A stretch of 64,000 bases of DNA from Torpedo marmorata (lineage: Eukaryota). The position numbers and the translations under genes are program-made. The stretch is from the NCBI GenBank assembly GCA_977017645.1, contig OZ360222.1, positions 106,392,001 to 106,456,000 on the forward strand. The letters run 5' to 3'. The notes below the pieces were generated by a model. It saw only the letters and a program-made list of their open reading frames with translations. It had not been told where the DNA came from and searched no databases. Of this stretch, positions 51,357 through 64,000 are shown in pieces (position 1 is the first letter of the stretch; each line of letters starts with the position of its first letter).

Positions 51357-54300
51357 ACATAAGAACATAAGAAAGTAGGAACAGGAGTAGGCCAACCGGC
51401 CCATCGAGCCTGCTCCGCCATTCAATAAGATCATGGCTGATCTGATCAATGACCTAACTCCACCTACCTGCCCTTTCCCCATATCCCCTAATTCCTTTTA
51501 TATGTAAAAATCTATCCAGCTGAACCTTAAATATGTTCAATGAAGCAGCCTCAACTGCTTCCCTGGGTAGAGAATTCCACAAATTCACCACTCTCTGGGA
51601 AAAACTGTTTTTCCTCATCTCTGTCCTAACTCTACTCCCCCGAATCTTGAGGCTGTGTCCCCTAGTTTTGGTCTCACTCGCCAGTGAAAAAAACCTTCCT
51701 ACCTCTATCCTATCCATCCCCTTCATAATTCTATATGTTTCTATAAGATCTCCTCTCATTCTTTTGAACTCGAGCGAGTATAATCCCAGATGATTTAATC
51801 TTTCATCATGTCAACCCCTTCATCTCAGGGATCAACCTAATAAACCTCCTCTGGACTGCTTCCAAGGCCAGTATATCCTTCCTCAAATATGGAGACCAGA
51901 ACTGCACACAGTTCTCCAGGCGCGGTCTCACCAGTACCTTGTACAGTTGCAACATTACCTCCTTGCTCCTGAATTCAATTCCTCTAGCGATGAAGGCCAA
52001 CATTCCATTTGCCTTCTTAATAACCTGCTGCACCTGCAACCCAACTTTTTGCGATTCGTGCACAAGCACTCCCAAGTCCTTCTGCACAACAGCATGCTGC
52101 AGTTTTTCACCATTTAAATAATACTCTGCTCTTTTATTTTTCTTGCCAAAGTGGATAACCTCGCACTTACTAACATTGTACTCCATCTGCCAGACCTTTG
52201 CCCACTCATCTAACTTAACTATATCCCTCTGCAGCCTCTCCACATCCTCAGTACAATTTGCTCTTTCACTCAATTTAGTATCATCCGCAAACTTGGCTAC
52301 ACCACATTTTGTCCCCTCCTCCAAATCATCAATGTAAATGATGAACAGTTGTGGGCCCAGCACCGACCCCTGCGGCACCCCACTTACCACTGTCTGCCAA
52401 TCAGAAAAACATCCATTTATCCCGACTCTCTGCCTCCTTTCAGACAACCAATCCTCAATCCATACCAATATACTTCCCTGGACTCCATTCACCTGTAATT
52501 TACTGATAAGTCTCTTGTGCGGCACCTTATCAAACGCTTTCTGGAAATCCAAATATACAACATCAACTTGTTCCCCTCTATCTACCGCACCCATTATGTC
52601 CTCAAAGAACTCTAACAAGTTTGTTAAACAAGATCTGCCCTTCCTAAACACATGCTGCGTCTGCCTGATTGAACCCTTTCGTTCTAAATGTCTCACTATT
52701 TCATCCTTAATGACAGCTTCAAGCATTTTCCCAACTACAGACGTTAAGCTAATTGGCCGATAGTTCCCAGTCTTCTGCCTACATCCCTTCTTAAATAGTG
52801 GCGTGACATTTGCTGTCTTCCAATCTGCCGGGACCTGGCCAGAATCCAGAGAATTTTGGTATATGACCACCAATGCATCAACTATAACTTCTGCCATTTC
52901 CCTCAGAACCCTGAGATGCATTTCATCAGGACCAGGGGATTTGTCCGGCTTTAGTCCCATTAGTTTGTTCATCACTATCTCCTTTGTCACAACTATTTTA
53001 TCAAGGCCTTCACCAACATTCGCATCCCTATCTCCACTCTTTGGCATGCTGGACGTGTCTTCCACCATGAAGACTGACACAAAATATTTGTTCAAGGCCT
53101 CGGCCATTTCCTCATTATTCAATATCAATTTCCCATTCTCATCTTCCAAGGGTCCTATGTTAACTCTAGCCACCCTCTTCCGTTTTATATATTTATAAAA
53201 ATTTTTGCTATCTGTTTTTATATTTTGTGCCAATTTACCTTCATAATCCTTTCTTCCCTTTCTTATTACCCGCTTTGTTGTCCCTTGTTGTCATTTAAAG
53301 TTTTCCCAATCTTCCAGTTTCCCACTGCTCTTTGCAACTTTGTACACCTGAGCTTTTAATTTTATACTCTCCTTCATTTCCTTAGTTAATCACAGCTGAC
53401 TCTTCCCTCTGTTGCTGCCCTTATTCTTAACTGGAATACATTTTTGTTGAGCATTGTGAAAAATCTCCTTGACAATCTTCCACTGTTCCTCAACTGTTCT
53501 AGCAACTAGCCTGTGCTCCCAGTCCACGCTGACCAATTCCTCCCTCATCCTGTGATAGTCTCCCCTGTTTAAGCATAATACATTAGTTTTAGATCCCCCT
53601 CCATCTGTATGAGAAATACAATCATACTATGTTCGCTATTTCCAAGAGGGTCCCTAACTATTACATCATGAGGGACTCTAACTATTACATTACATAGCGT
53701 AATGGCGGCGCTGCCGGAGCCGCTGTAGCGGCAGCGGTGCCGCTGATGCGGACCCGCGGGGAGCGTAGAAGCGGAGATACAGTGCTCCCGCGGGGTCCAG
53801 CTGCCCAGTCGACTGCCGTCGGTTCCGCACGGGCTTTGAACAGCCCGTTAAAGGAGCTGACGGTGGTTTTATTTAAGATCCCGCGACCACGGGGTCTGCG
53901 CCCAAGATGGCAGCGCCTTTAACCGGCAGCAGCCACAAGGGGCTGCAGACTCTGGGGAAGCGGAGGACTGGAGCAGGGCACCAGAGGACGGGAAGATCAC
54001 CCCCCGTCTGAGAAGGAGAAGTGGAGGAGACGACCCATGGGACGGAGACCACGGCGGCGGACCAGTGAGGGGCTCTAAGGCTGAAGGACCAGTGCATGCG
54101 GCGGGCTGCTGGCGACTCGAGGCGAGGAACCCGCGGAGGCTGTGGGCTGCTGGAGACTGCTGTCGGGAGACTCGCGCCGGGCTGCTGACTGCTGGAGGCT
54201 GGATTGAACTGGCTGGAGGAGTACCAGGTATCGGAACCGGGATGCGAGGGGTGCCGAGGGCGCCCTGACCGTGTTGGAGGTTCGGATCTGGAGCTCGGGT

Positions 54301-54665
54301 TGCTGATGGTTTGGACTGGACTCTGTAAGGCTGCGGAAGCGCTGGAGGCGAATCTATGGACACTCGGTGACTCTGGGGGGACTCTCTTTTGCTTCTCTTT
54401 CTCTGACTGTAAGGAACGTTAGAGGCGCTTATGCAATTTCTGCCAGTGGCGAATCTGTCTGCCTTGCAGCAGGCAAAAAGAAATTTCATGGAATATGACA
54501 CTGTCTTATTACTATGACAATAAATTGAATCTTGAATCTAATCTTGAATTTACTCTACCTATCTCATTGCACAATACGAGATCCAAAATAACATTCACTC
54601 TTGTTGGTTCCTTCACATGCTGCTCAAGAAAGCTATCATGGATGCATTCTATGAAGTCTTTGCCT
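51357..54665 (-). mobile_element. CR1 LINE (most of ORF2), interrupted by the 850-bp element
   Basis: 475-aa ORF 51806..53233 with full RT motifs; EN C-terminus DSFLEQHVKEPTR...ILDLVLCNE near 54560-54660; tail ACATAAGA repeats. Confidence 0.95.
53702..54548 (+). mobile_element. ~850-bp non-coding retroposon, copy 2
   Basis: Starts ATGGCGGCGCTGCCGG; same body and tail as 46583-47429. Confidence 0.88.
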
Positions 54666-55183
54666 TTGATTATCAGTCTTAACGGGGTGCCAGACACTGA
54701 ATCATCAGTTCTACCCACCTTCTGAATCTGTTCCACTGAGAAATTGACTCAAACATGTGAAAGAGTTGTGCAAAATGTTTCAAACATGTGAAAGAGTTGT
54801 GGAAAATGTTAGCCAGATACACTTTAGGGCCAACTAAAATACAGGAAAATCTCATCAAGAAAATCTTTGTACATGGCTCCAGGAATCTCCAGAAGCAGAA
54901 TGTGCAGCAAACAAATGATAATGTGGAATTATGCTGGAGTGCTTACCTTCCCACCCCTGTTCTTCCTCCTCACTGGAACATGCCATGGGCTTTAATTGGC
55001 TGGACCTTAAACAACTCCCACATGCCAGTTGCAGACTTGCCTGATAACAGTTGCTCCCAATTAACTTCCCCCAGCTCTTGCCTAATAATGTCATAATTTG
55101 CCCTCTTTTGATTTCATATTTTCCCATGAGGTCCAGGCTTATCCTTATTTATAGCTATCTTGAAACTTAAGGCATTGTGATCA

Positions 55184-55427
55184 CTACAGCACCAATAGCC
55201 TGAATACGACTGGGATTGTCTGATCTCGGAAGCTAAGCAGGCACATGACTGGTCAGTACTTGGAGGGGAGACCGCCCAGGAACACAAGGTGCTGTAGGTT
55301 TCTGTAGGGGTGCTGGACAAAGTAGCTACCCTCTGTCTGCCTTAAGGTAGACAAAAATTAAAGAATTTCATGAATGTTACATTCTAAATGTAGTATTTTG
55401 TGACAATAATGGAACCTTTACCTTTAC
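55184..55427 (+). mobile_element. 5S rRNA-derived SINE (SINE3) with Rex/Babar-like tail
   Basis: 55184-55302 resembles 5S (GTCTGATCTCGGAAGCTAAGCAGG, GTACTTGGA.GGGAGACCGCC, GTGCTGTAGG), followed by TCTGTCTGCC...AATTTCATG...TGACAATAA and (ACCTTT)n. Confidence 0.82.
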
Positions 55428-55874
55428 TCCCACTGATACACCGATCATCTGCCAGCCTCATTTCCCAATAAAACATTCAGTATGGCCCCTTCTCTGGTAG
55501 GACCATCTACATCCTGCTTCAAGAAAGCCTCCTGGATGCACTTAACAATTTCTGCCACATCCAATCCTCTGGCACTAAGGACATCCTAGTCAATATTAGG
55601 GAAATTAAAGTCTCTCACTATGGCAACCCTGTTTCTTTTGCACCCTCCCATAATCTATCTCCATATTTGTTCCTCTATCTCTCTGCTATTGCTAGACATA
55701 TAATATACTCCTATCAGAGTGACCTGCCTTTTTTTTTGTCTCTACCCATACTGCCTCAGTGGATGAGCCCTCCATTACCTCCTCTCTAAGTGTACCTTGA
55801 CACTCTCCCTGATTAGTAATGCAACCCCTCACCTCTTTTACTTCCTTCTCTATCGTGTCTAAAACATTGAAACC

Positions 55875-56031
55875 ATAGGGAATATGTACATTCTCCCTGT
55901 GTCCGCATGGGGTTTGGACCATGTGCTCTGGTTTCCTCCCACCTTCCAAAGATGTACGGGATTTGTAGGTTAATTGATCATGTGGGTGAATTTGGGCAGC
56001 GTGGGCTCATGTGCCAGAAGGGTCTGTTACC
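55875..56031 (+). mobile_element. HE1-type SINE fragment
   Basis: TGTACATTCTCCCTGTGTCCGCATGGG...GGTTTCCTCCCACCTTCCAAAGA V-core. Confidence 0.75.
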
Positions 56032-56440
56032 GTGCAGGGACCTGCACAGGCTGCAGGCTGCTAGAAACTGGCTCATGGGAACCAGGTATTGGTGCCGGGA
56101 TTCGAGAGGGTGCTGAGGGCAAGAAGGGCTCCCGAAGGGCCTCGGGCGCTGAAGGCTTCCTGATCATGATGGTGCTTTAGAACTGGACATCAGGTTGCCA
56201 ACAGATAGATCAGGGGTCTGTGCAGCTGCAAAGGCTGCAGGAGTGCTGGAGGCGAATCCACGGTCATTCAGTGACTCTGAAGGGCTCTCTTTTGCTTCTC
56301 TTTCTTTCTTACTGTAAGGCCGCCGGGCAACATTAATGGCGACTCTATGTCTGCCATACGGCAGGCAGAATGCAATATTGTGTAATATTACATGTTCCGT
56401 ACTATTACATAACAATAAAGGAATCTTGAATCTTGAATCT
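56032..56440 (+). mobile_element. Diverged 3' part of the 850-bp family
   Basis: ACCAGGTATTGG...GCTGGAGGCGAATC...CTCTTTTGCTTCTCTTT...AATAAAGG(AATCTTG)n. Confidence 0.75.
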
Positions 56441-56803
56441 CTGAATGTAAAAAAATATCATTGAGCTGCCAGTCCTGTCCCTCTCACAGCCAATTTTCTG
56501 TAATGGCCATACATCATAATTCCATGTACTGATCTGGGCTTGAAGCTCATCTTCCTTACCCCTAATGCTCCTTGCATTAAAATTAGCACACTTCAGCCCA
56601 TTGGTCTCACTGTGTTCATTTGCCTGTCCCTTCCTGTCCTTCCTTACAGACTAACTTGACCATCCTCTCATCTCCTCTACTTGCTGCCCTGTTGCTCTGG
56701 TTCCCACCCCCTGCCACTCTGGGTTAAACCATCCGAGTAGCACCAGCACTCAAGAAAATTAAAATGAAGGCCATTTCAATGATACACAAGCATTTTGGAA
56801 GTA

Positions 56804-58245
56804 TCAGAATCAGAATCAGAATTTATTGTCATGAACAAGTCATGAAATTCGGTGTTTTGCGGAAGCATCATAGTGCAATTAACATTCATATTAACCATCT
56901 TACGACATTACTATAAAAGTAAGGCAGTGTCTTTGGTTCATTGATTATTCAGGAATCTGATGGCAGTGGGGAAGAAGCTGTCCTTGTGCCGTTGAGTGCT
57001 CGTATTTAGGCTCCTGTACCTTTTTCCCGATGGAAGCAGAGTGAAGAGGGCATGGCCTGGGTGGTGGGGGTCTTTGAGGATAGAGGCTGCTTTTTTAAGA
57101 CATCGCCTCATGTAGATGTCCTCGATGGAGTGAAGTTTGGTGCCTGTGATGGCACAGGCAGAGTTAACAACCCTCTGGAGTTTACTCTTGTCCTGAGAGT
57201 TGGCGCCTCCATACCAGGCAGTGATGCAACCAGCCAGAATGCTCTCCACGGTACACCTGTAGAAGTTTACGAGAGTCTTCGGTGACATACCGAATCTCCG
57301 CAGACACCTCACAAAGTATAACCGCTGATGAGCCTGCTTTGTGATTGCATCAACGTGGATGCTCCAGGACAGATCCTCGGAGATGTTGACACCCAGGAAT
57401 TTGAAGTTCTTGACCCTCTCCACTACTGAGCCCTCGATGAGGACTGGGTCATGTTCCCCTGTCTTCCTCCTGAAGTCCACAATCATCTCCTTGGTTTTGC
57501 TGAGGTTGAGCTCAACGTTGTTGTCGTTACACCATTCAACAAGCTGATCTATCTCCCTCCTGTATGCTTCCTCATTGCCGTTTGTGATTCTGCCGACAAC
57601 TGTGGTGTCATCGGCAATCTTGTAGATGGCATTGGAATTGTGCCTGGCCACACAGTCATGGGTGTATAACAAGTAGAGCAGTGGACTAAGCATGCATCCT
57701 TGGGGTGCGCCTGTGTTGATAATCAGTGAGGTGGAGACGTTGTTTCCAATTCGTACTGACTGTGGTCTTCCGATGAGAAAGTCAAGGATCCAGTTGCAGA
57801 GGGGGTACAGAGGCCGAGAGTTAGTAGCTTCTTGACCAGCACTGAGGGAATAATGGTATTGAAGGCCGAGCTGTTGTCGATGAAGAGCAGCCGTATGTAT
57901 GAATTGCTGTTTTCGAGGTGATCCAGAGCTGAGTGGAGAGCCAGCGATATTGCATCTGCAGTGGAGCGATTGTGACGATAGGTGAATTGCAGTGGGTCCA
58001 GATCTTTGCTTAGGTATGAGTTAATTCTGGCCATGACCAGCCTCTCAAAGCATTTCATCACAGTAGAAGTTAGTGCTACTGGGCAGTGGTCGTTGAGGCA
58101 GCCCACACGACTCTTCTTGGGATTATTGATGCCCTTTTGAAGCAGGTGGGAACCTCTGACTTTCGCAATGAGAGGTTGAGAATGTCCATGAACACTCCGG
58201 CTAGTTGCTTGGCGCAGATTTTCAGTACCCTGCCAGGTACGCCAT
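56804..58245 (-). mobile_element. Rex1/Babar LINE, 5'-truncated
   Basis: ORFs 56938..57693 and 57723..58106; tail (TTCTGA)n. Confidence 0.93.
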
Positions 58246-58608
58246 CATTGATCACAATGCAATGTTAATCGTATAGCCTTTACTCTCACATCTAGTTACT
58301 GGACAACAAAGAGTTCAGAAAGAGCACTGGGGACAATAGAGGGTGAAAAGAACAAAAGTGCATGTAAGTGGTCTGTCTGGGAAAGGTATCTAAGAAAGAA
58401 ATCCACCAATCAAATATCCATTGTTAATCTAGATCAAAAGGCTGATTAGAAAGATGAAACTGACGATATAAATAGGACTAATGAAGTATATAGTAATCAC
58501 TTTTCATATTCTTGAGAAGAGTTACTGTACGTAGTGAACTGAATAAAGAAGAGACCTGATTGTTTTTATTATTATATAGCAAGTGGTCAATCCAGAATCA
58601 TCGGTCAT

Positions 58609-59327
58609 TTCAAGATTCAAGATTCAAGATTCAAGATTCAATTTATTGTCATAATAATAAGACAGTGTCATATTCCATGAAATTTTTTTTTTGCCTGCTG
58701 CAAGGCAGACAGATTCGCCACCGGCAGAAATTGCCTAAGTGCCTCTAACATTCCTTATAGTCAGAGAAAGAGAAGCAAAAGAGAGTCCCCCCAGAGTCAC
58801 CGAGTGTCCGTAGATTCGCCTCCAGCGCTTCCGCAGCCTCCGCAGCCACACACAGTCCAGTCCAAACGATCGGCATCCCGAGCTCCAGATCCGAACCTCC
58901 AACACGGTCAGGTCGCCCTCGGCACCCCCTCGCATCCCGGTTCCGATACCTGGTATTCCTCCAGCCAGTTCGAGCCAGCCTGCAGCAGTCCGCAGCCCGG
59001 CGTGAGTCCCCCAACAGCAGTCTCCAGCAGCCCACAGCCTCCACGGGTTCCTCGCCTCGAGTCGCCAGCAGCCCGCCTCATGCACTGATCCTTGAGCCTC
59101 AGAGCTCCTCACCAGTCCGCCGCTGTGGTCACCGTCCCATGGGTCGTCTCCTCCGCTTTTCCTTCTCAGACGGGGGTTGATCTTCCCGTCCTCTGGTGCC
59201 CTGCTCCAGTCCCCCGCTTCCCCGGAGTCTGCAGCCCCTCGTGGCTGCTGCCGATTAAAAGGCGCTGCCATCTTGGACGCAGACCCCGCGGTCGCGGGAT
59301 CTCAAATAAAACAAGCGTCGGCTCCTT
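58609..59327 (-). mobile_element. ~850-bp non-coding retroposon, copy 3 (5'-truncated)
   Basis: Reverse complement of ~53850-54548; tail reads (TTCAAGA)4 on the plus strand. Confidence 0.88.
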
Positions 59328-59469
59328 ATAACATGGTTTAAGTAATATAACAAAATATTGGCAGTTTGGGTGTATTACTGAATACTGGATGCTTAGAATA
59401 TTTACAGGACAGACCAATGCTATTGTTCCTAAAACAGAGTATCTGAGGCTTCCAACAGATACAAAAAAG

Positions 59470-60740
59470 AAGTAAAACACGAAAATCTGTAGACACTGTG
59501 GTTGAAGTAAAAAACACAAATGCTGGAGAAACTCAGCAGGTCAAACAGTGTCTTTTATGTAACAAAGGTAGAAATACATAACTAATGTTTCGGGCTTGAG
59601 CCCTTCATCAAAGTATAAGAAAATGCCAGCAGGCGTCCAAACAAAAGAGTGAGGGGGGGAAGGGGGGGGTGGCAAAGGCAGGAGATGATAGGTGGAGAAA
59701 GGAGGGAGGGGACAGCAGCAAAGAGGGGGAAGAGGGATGGCTGGGTGGGTGGAAAAAAACTGGAAGGAGAGGTAAGGGGGAGGGGAAGGAAAAGGCAAGC
59801 AGGTTTAGTGGAAAGCAGAAAAGTCAATGTTAATGCTATCTGGCTGGAGAGTGCCCAAACGTAAAATAAGATGTTGTTCCTCCAATTTGCGGGTAGTCTG
59901 GGTGGGATAGTACATAAGGCCATGGACAGACATGTGAGTGTGGGAGTGTGAATCGGAATTGAAATGGTTGGCTACTGGGAGGTCGCTGTTGTTGCGGATG
60001 GAGAGGAGGTGCTCAGCGAACCAATCTCCCAATCTACGACCGGTCTCTCCAATGTAAAGAATGCCACAAAGGGAGCACCGGATGCAGTAAATAAGTTCTC
60101 TGGATGTACAAGTGAAGTGTAGTTTCACTTGAAAGGCCTGTTTGGGGCCCTGGACCGTGGTAAGGGGGGAGGTGTGGGCGCAGGTGTTGCACCTCCTGCG
60201 GGCACAGGGGAAGGTGCCGGGGGTGCGATGGGTGGGGAGGGATGAGTGCACGAGGGAATCGCGGAGGGAGCGGTCCCTGCAGAAGGCAGAGAGGGGAGGA
60301 GAAGGTAAAATGTGTCTGGTGCTGGGATCCTGTAGTAAGTGCCGGAAATTCCAGCGGATAATGTGTTGGATGTGGAGGCTGGTGGGGTGGTAGGTGAGGA
60401 TGAGGGGGATTCTATGTTTGTTGCGTCTGGGGGAAGAGGGGGCCAGGGCAGATGAGCGGGAAATGGAGGAGATGCGGGTGAGGGCTGAGTTGATGGTGGT
60501 GTGGCAGACATTTCAGAAGATCTGGACTGGAAGACCTCATCTTGGGAACAGATGCGGCCGAGACGGAGAAATTGAGAGAAGGGGATGGAATCCTTGCAGG
60601 GGACAGGGTGTGAGGAAGTGTAGTCCAGATAGTTGTGGGAGTTGGAGGGTTTGTAGTAAATGTCGGTGGAAAGCTTGTCTCCCGAGATGGAGACAGAGAG
60701 ATCCAGGAAGGGGAGAGTGTTATCGGAGATGCACCAGGTG
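59470..60740 (-). mobile_element. Penelope-like element 3' part: RT C-terminus, GIY-YIG endonuclease, pLTR with hammerhead
   Basis: CARRRCNTC...LIYCIRCSLCGILYIGETGRRLGDWFAEHL...VANHFN...RKLEEQHLILRLGTLQPDSIN; TTGATGA-AGGGCTCAAGCCC-GAAAC at 59587-59611. Confidence 0.92.
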
Positions 60741-60854
60741 AGACAGATATCATGACTTGGTAGTTTTTAACCCTTCTACTATTTTTACTCTTCCTATTCC
60801 ACAAATATGATAAAATATTTATCTAATTTAAAAACTGATTGCTGCTTTTCAAAG

Positions 60855-63800
60855 AATACAAAGCCTTGTGCTAAAGAATTGGTGCTGGGGGCAGGGGTTC
60901 ACATTTGTGGATCATTGGGATCTCTTCTGGGGAAGGTCTGACCTGTACAAAAGGGACGGGCTGCACTTGAACTGGAGGGGGACCAATATCCTGGCAGGCA
61001 GGTTTGCTAGAGCTGTTGGGGAGGGTTTAAACTAGTTTGGCAGGGGGGTGGGAATCAGAATGTGAATGCGGAGAGTAGGGTAGAAGAACACCTAGATTTC
61101 AAGGAAGAGAGGAACCAGAATGTTAAAGTTAATGAAGGAGAGGGTAATCAAAGGAGTGCATGTGGGGGACATTCTCTCAAGTGTATATATTTCAATGCAA
61201 GGAGCATTGTAAGAAAGGTGGATGAGCTTAGAGCATGGATTGATACATGGAAATATGATATTGTAGCCATCAGTGAAACTTGGTTGCAGGAGGGGCATGA
61301 TTGGCAGCTAAATATTCCTGGATTCCATTGTTTTAGGCGTGATAGAACAGGGGGATAAAAGGTGGAGGGGTCGCAGTGCTTGTTAGAGAAACCATTACAG
61401 CTGTGCTATGGCAGGATAGATTGGAGGGCTCGTCCAGTGAGTCTAATTGGGTGGAATTGAGGAATGTGAAAGGCATGAAAACACTAATGGGAGTGTATTA
61501 TAGACCACCGAATGGGCAGAGGGAATTAGAGGAGGAAATTTGTAATGAGATAGAATATATGTGTAATAAGCATAAGGTGGTGATAGGTGATTTTAACTTT
61601 CCACATATTGACTGGGACGCCCATACTGTAATAGGGCAGGATGGGCTGGAGTTTGTCAAATGTGTTCAGGAAAATTTTCTAAATCAATACATAGAAGAAC
61701 CGACGAGAGAGGGGGCAGTATTGGATCTCCTATTTGGGAACAATATAGGTCAGGTGACAAAGGTTTGTGTTGGGGAACACTTTGGGTCTAGTGATCATAA
61801 TACCATTAGTTTTAGGTTGATAATGGAGAAGGATAGGGCTGGGCCTAAGGTTGAGATTCTTGATTGGAAAAAGGCAAATTTCGAGGAGATGAGGAATGAT
61901 TTAGAGGGTGTGGATTGGGATAATTTATTTTCAGGGAAGGATGTCCAGATAAATGGAGGATATTCAAAGGGGAAATTTTGAGAGTACAGAGTCGGTTCGT
62001 TCCTGTGAGGATTAAAGGAAGTGTTAGAAAATATAAGGAGCCTTGGTTTTCAAAGGATATTGGGAATTTGGTTCAGAGGAAGAGGGATGTGCACAACAGG
62101 TATAGACAGCAGGGAATAGATGAGGTCCTTGAGGAATATAAGGAGTGTAAAAAAAATCTTAAGAAGGAAATTAGAAAGGCTAAAAGGAGATATGAGGCTG
62201 CTTTCACAGGCAAGGTAAAAATAAATCCAAAGGCTTTCTACAGGTACATTAAAAGCAAAAGAATAGTGAGGGATAAAATTGGGCCCATTGAGGATCAGAC
62301 GGGTAGGCTATGTGAGAAGTCAGAGGAGATGGGGAAGATTTTAAATGAATTTTTTTCTTCGGTATTTACAAAGGAAAGGAATATTGAGCCAGGTGAAGTA
62401 AGGCAATCTGGCAGGGAGGCCATGGATAATATAAAGATTAATGAGGAGGTAGTATTGGCTATTTTAAAGGGTAGAAAGGTGGATAAATCTCCAGGTCCTG
62501 ACAGGATATTCCCGAGGACCCTGAGGGAGGTTAGTGTACAAATAGTGGGGGCTCTGACAGAAATATTTAAAATGTCACTGGCCACGGGGGAGGTGCCGGA
62601 GGATTGGAGGGTAGCTCATGTTGTCCCGCTGTTTAAGAAGGTCTCCAAAAGTAAACCTGGAAATTATAGGCCTGTGAGTCTGACATCGGTAGTGGGTAAA
62701 TTAATGGAGAGTGTTCTTAGAGATGGTGTATACAGTTATTTGGAAAGACAAGCATTGATTAGGAGTAGTCAACACGGTTTTGTTCGTGGTAGATCATGTT
62801 TGACAAATCTCATACAGTTTTTCGATGAGGTTACTAAGAGGGTTGACGAGGGGAAGGCTGTGGATGTTGTCTATATGGACTTTAGTAAGGCATTTGACAA
62901 GGTTACGCATAAGAGGCTCGTTAGGAAGGTTCAAGCATTAGGTATTAACGAAGAAGTAGTGAAATGGATTCAACAATGGTTGGATAGGGGATGCCAGAGA
63001 GTAGTGGTGGAAAATTGTTTGTCAAATTGGAGGCCGGTGACTAGTGGAATGCCTCAGGGATTGGTACTGGGTCCATTGTTGTTTGTCATATATATTAATG
63101 ATCTAGATGATAGGGTGGTAAATTGGATTAGTAAGTATGCAGATGATATGAAGATTGGTGGTGTTGTGGACAGTGAAGAGGGATATCAAAGCTTGCAGGG
63201 GGATATTGGACAGTTAGAAGTGTGGGCGGAAACATGGCAGATGGAATTTAATACTGATAAATGTGAGGTGCTACATTTTGGTAGGATTAATCAGCAAAGG
63301 TCATACATGTTAAATGGAAGACAATTGAGAAGTGCAGTAGAACAGAGGGATTTAGGAATTCTGGTACATAATTCCCTGAAAGTTGAGTCACACGTGGTGA
63401 AGAAAGCATTTGGTATGTTGGCCTTCATAAATCAGAGTATTGAATATAGGAGTTGGGATGTCATGTTGAAGTTGTATAAGGCATTGGTGAGGCCAAATTT
63501 GGAATATTGTGTGCAGTTTTGCTCGCCGAATTACAGGAAGGATATAAACAGAATAGAGAGAGTGCAGAGGAGATTTACAAGAATGTTGCCTGGGTTTCTG
63601 GGTTTGAGTTATAGGGAAAGGTTGAACAGGTTGGGACTTTATTCCCTGGAGCATAGAAGGTTGAGGGGTGATTTGATAGAGGTATTTAAAATTATGAAGG
63701 GGAAAGATAGAGTCAATGTGGACAGGCTTTTTCCATTGAGAGAGGGGAAGATTCAAACAAGAGGGCATGGATTGAGATTGAAGGGGGAAAAGTTTAGAGG

Positions 63801-64000
63801 AAACATGAGGGGGAATTTCTTCACTCAGAGGGTGGTAGGAGGGTGGAACAAGCTTCCGGCCGAAGTGGTAGATGCAGGTTCAATTTTAATGTTTAAGGAA
63901 AAGTTGGATAGGTATATGGACGAGAGAGGTGTGGAGGGTTATGGGCCGGGTGCGGGTCAGTGGGACTAGGTGGGAGAATGTGTTCAGCATGGAATTGAAG
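60855..64000 (+). mobile_element. CR1 LINE: ORF1 esterase C-terminus and near-complete ORF2 (EN+RT), disrupted
   Basis: ORF1 end DHWDLFWGRSDLYKRDGLHLN...GEGLN*; ORF2 YFNARSI, ISETW, GDFN, SDHN, RT KYADD; stop at 63969. Confidence 0.95.

Larger units (their letters stand above)
55095..56750 (-). mobile_element. Decayed CR1 endonuclease region with three nested insertions
   Basis: SDHNALSFKI, EGSSTEAVWVE and a WNY...GQDWQL-like segment on the minus strand. Confidence 0.7.

Noticed and set aside
51939-53198. Antisense ORFs over CR1 and Rex RT regions (also elsewhere in the window)
   Set aside because: Shadow ORFs on the opposite strand of LINE coding sequence.
53869-54501. 210-aa minus-strand ORF (and 178-aa ORF 58735..59271) as genes
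   Set aside because: GC-rich repeat sequence; the frames are not conserved among the three copies.
54750-54810. 31-bp tandem duplication
   Set aside because: An isolated two-copy duplication with no further structure.
55184-55302. Functional 5S rRNA gene
   Set aside because: Diverged 5' end, no tandem array, LINE-type tail, and inserted in a CR1.

Overview
Eukaryotic, repeat-dominated DNA. HE1-type V-SINEs, HER1-like CR1 LINEs and a SacSINE1-like DeuSINE point to a cartilaginous fish (shark or ray), which is an inference. I recognise no intact host gene; there are only one or two candidate small exons. Most of the window is decayed retroelements: CR1, Rex1/Babar, RTE-BovB, L1 and Penelope-like elements. 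It also holds a full-length Gypsy LTR element (13137-17522), a non-autonomous BEL/Pao LTR element (28611-33641, minus), three hAT MITEs and one Tc2-like MITE with TSDs, a 5S-derived SINE, and an ~850-bp GC-rich non-coding retro-family in three copies. Most notable points: (1) The BEL element encodes an SLTM/SAFB-like SAP-domain N-terminus fused to Gag-protease, with RT/RNase H/integrase replaced by a coiled coil. (2) Both LTR elements lack a tRNA PBS and instead carry an 11-14 nt sequence complementary to their own LTR, a self-priming-like signature. (3) A class III (ERV-L-like) retroviral RT fragment lies inside the Tc2-like MITE. (4) Penelope hammerhead-ribozyme cores are present. Family assignments come from recalled motifs, not searches, and boundaries without a TSD are approximate.
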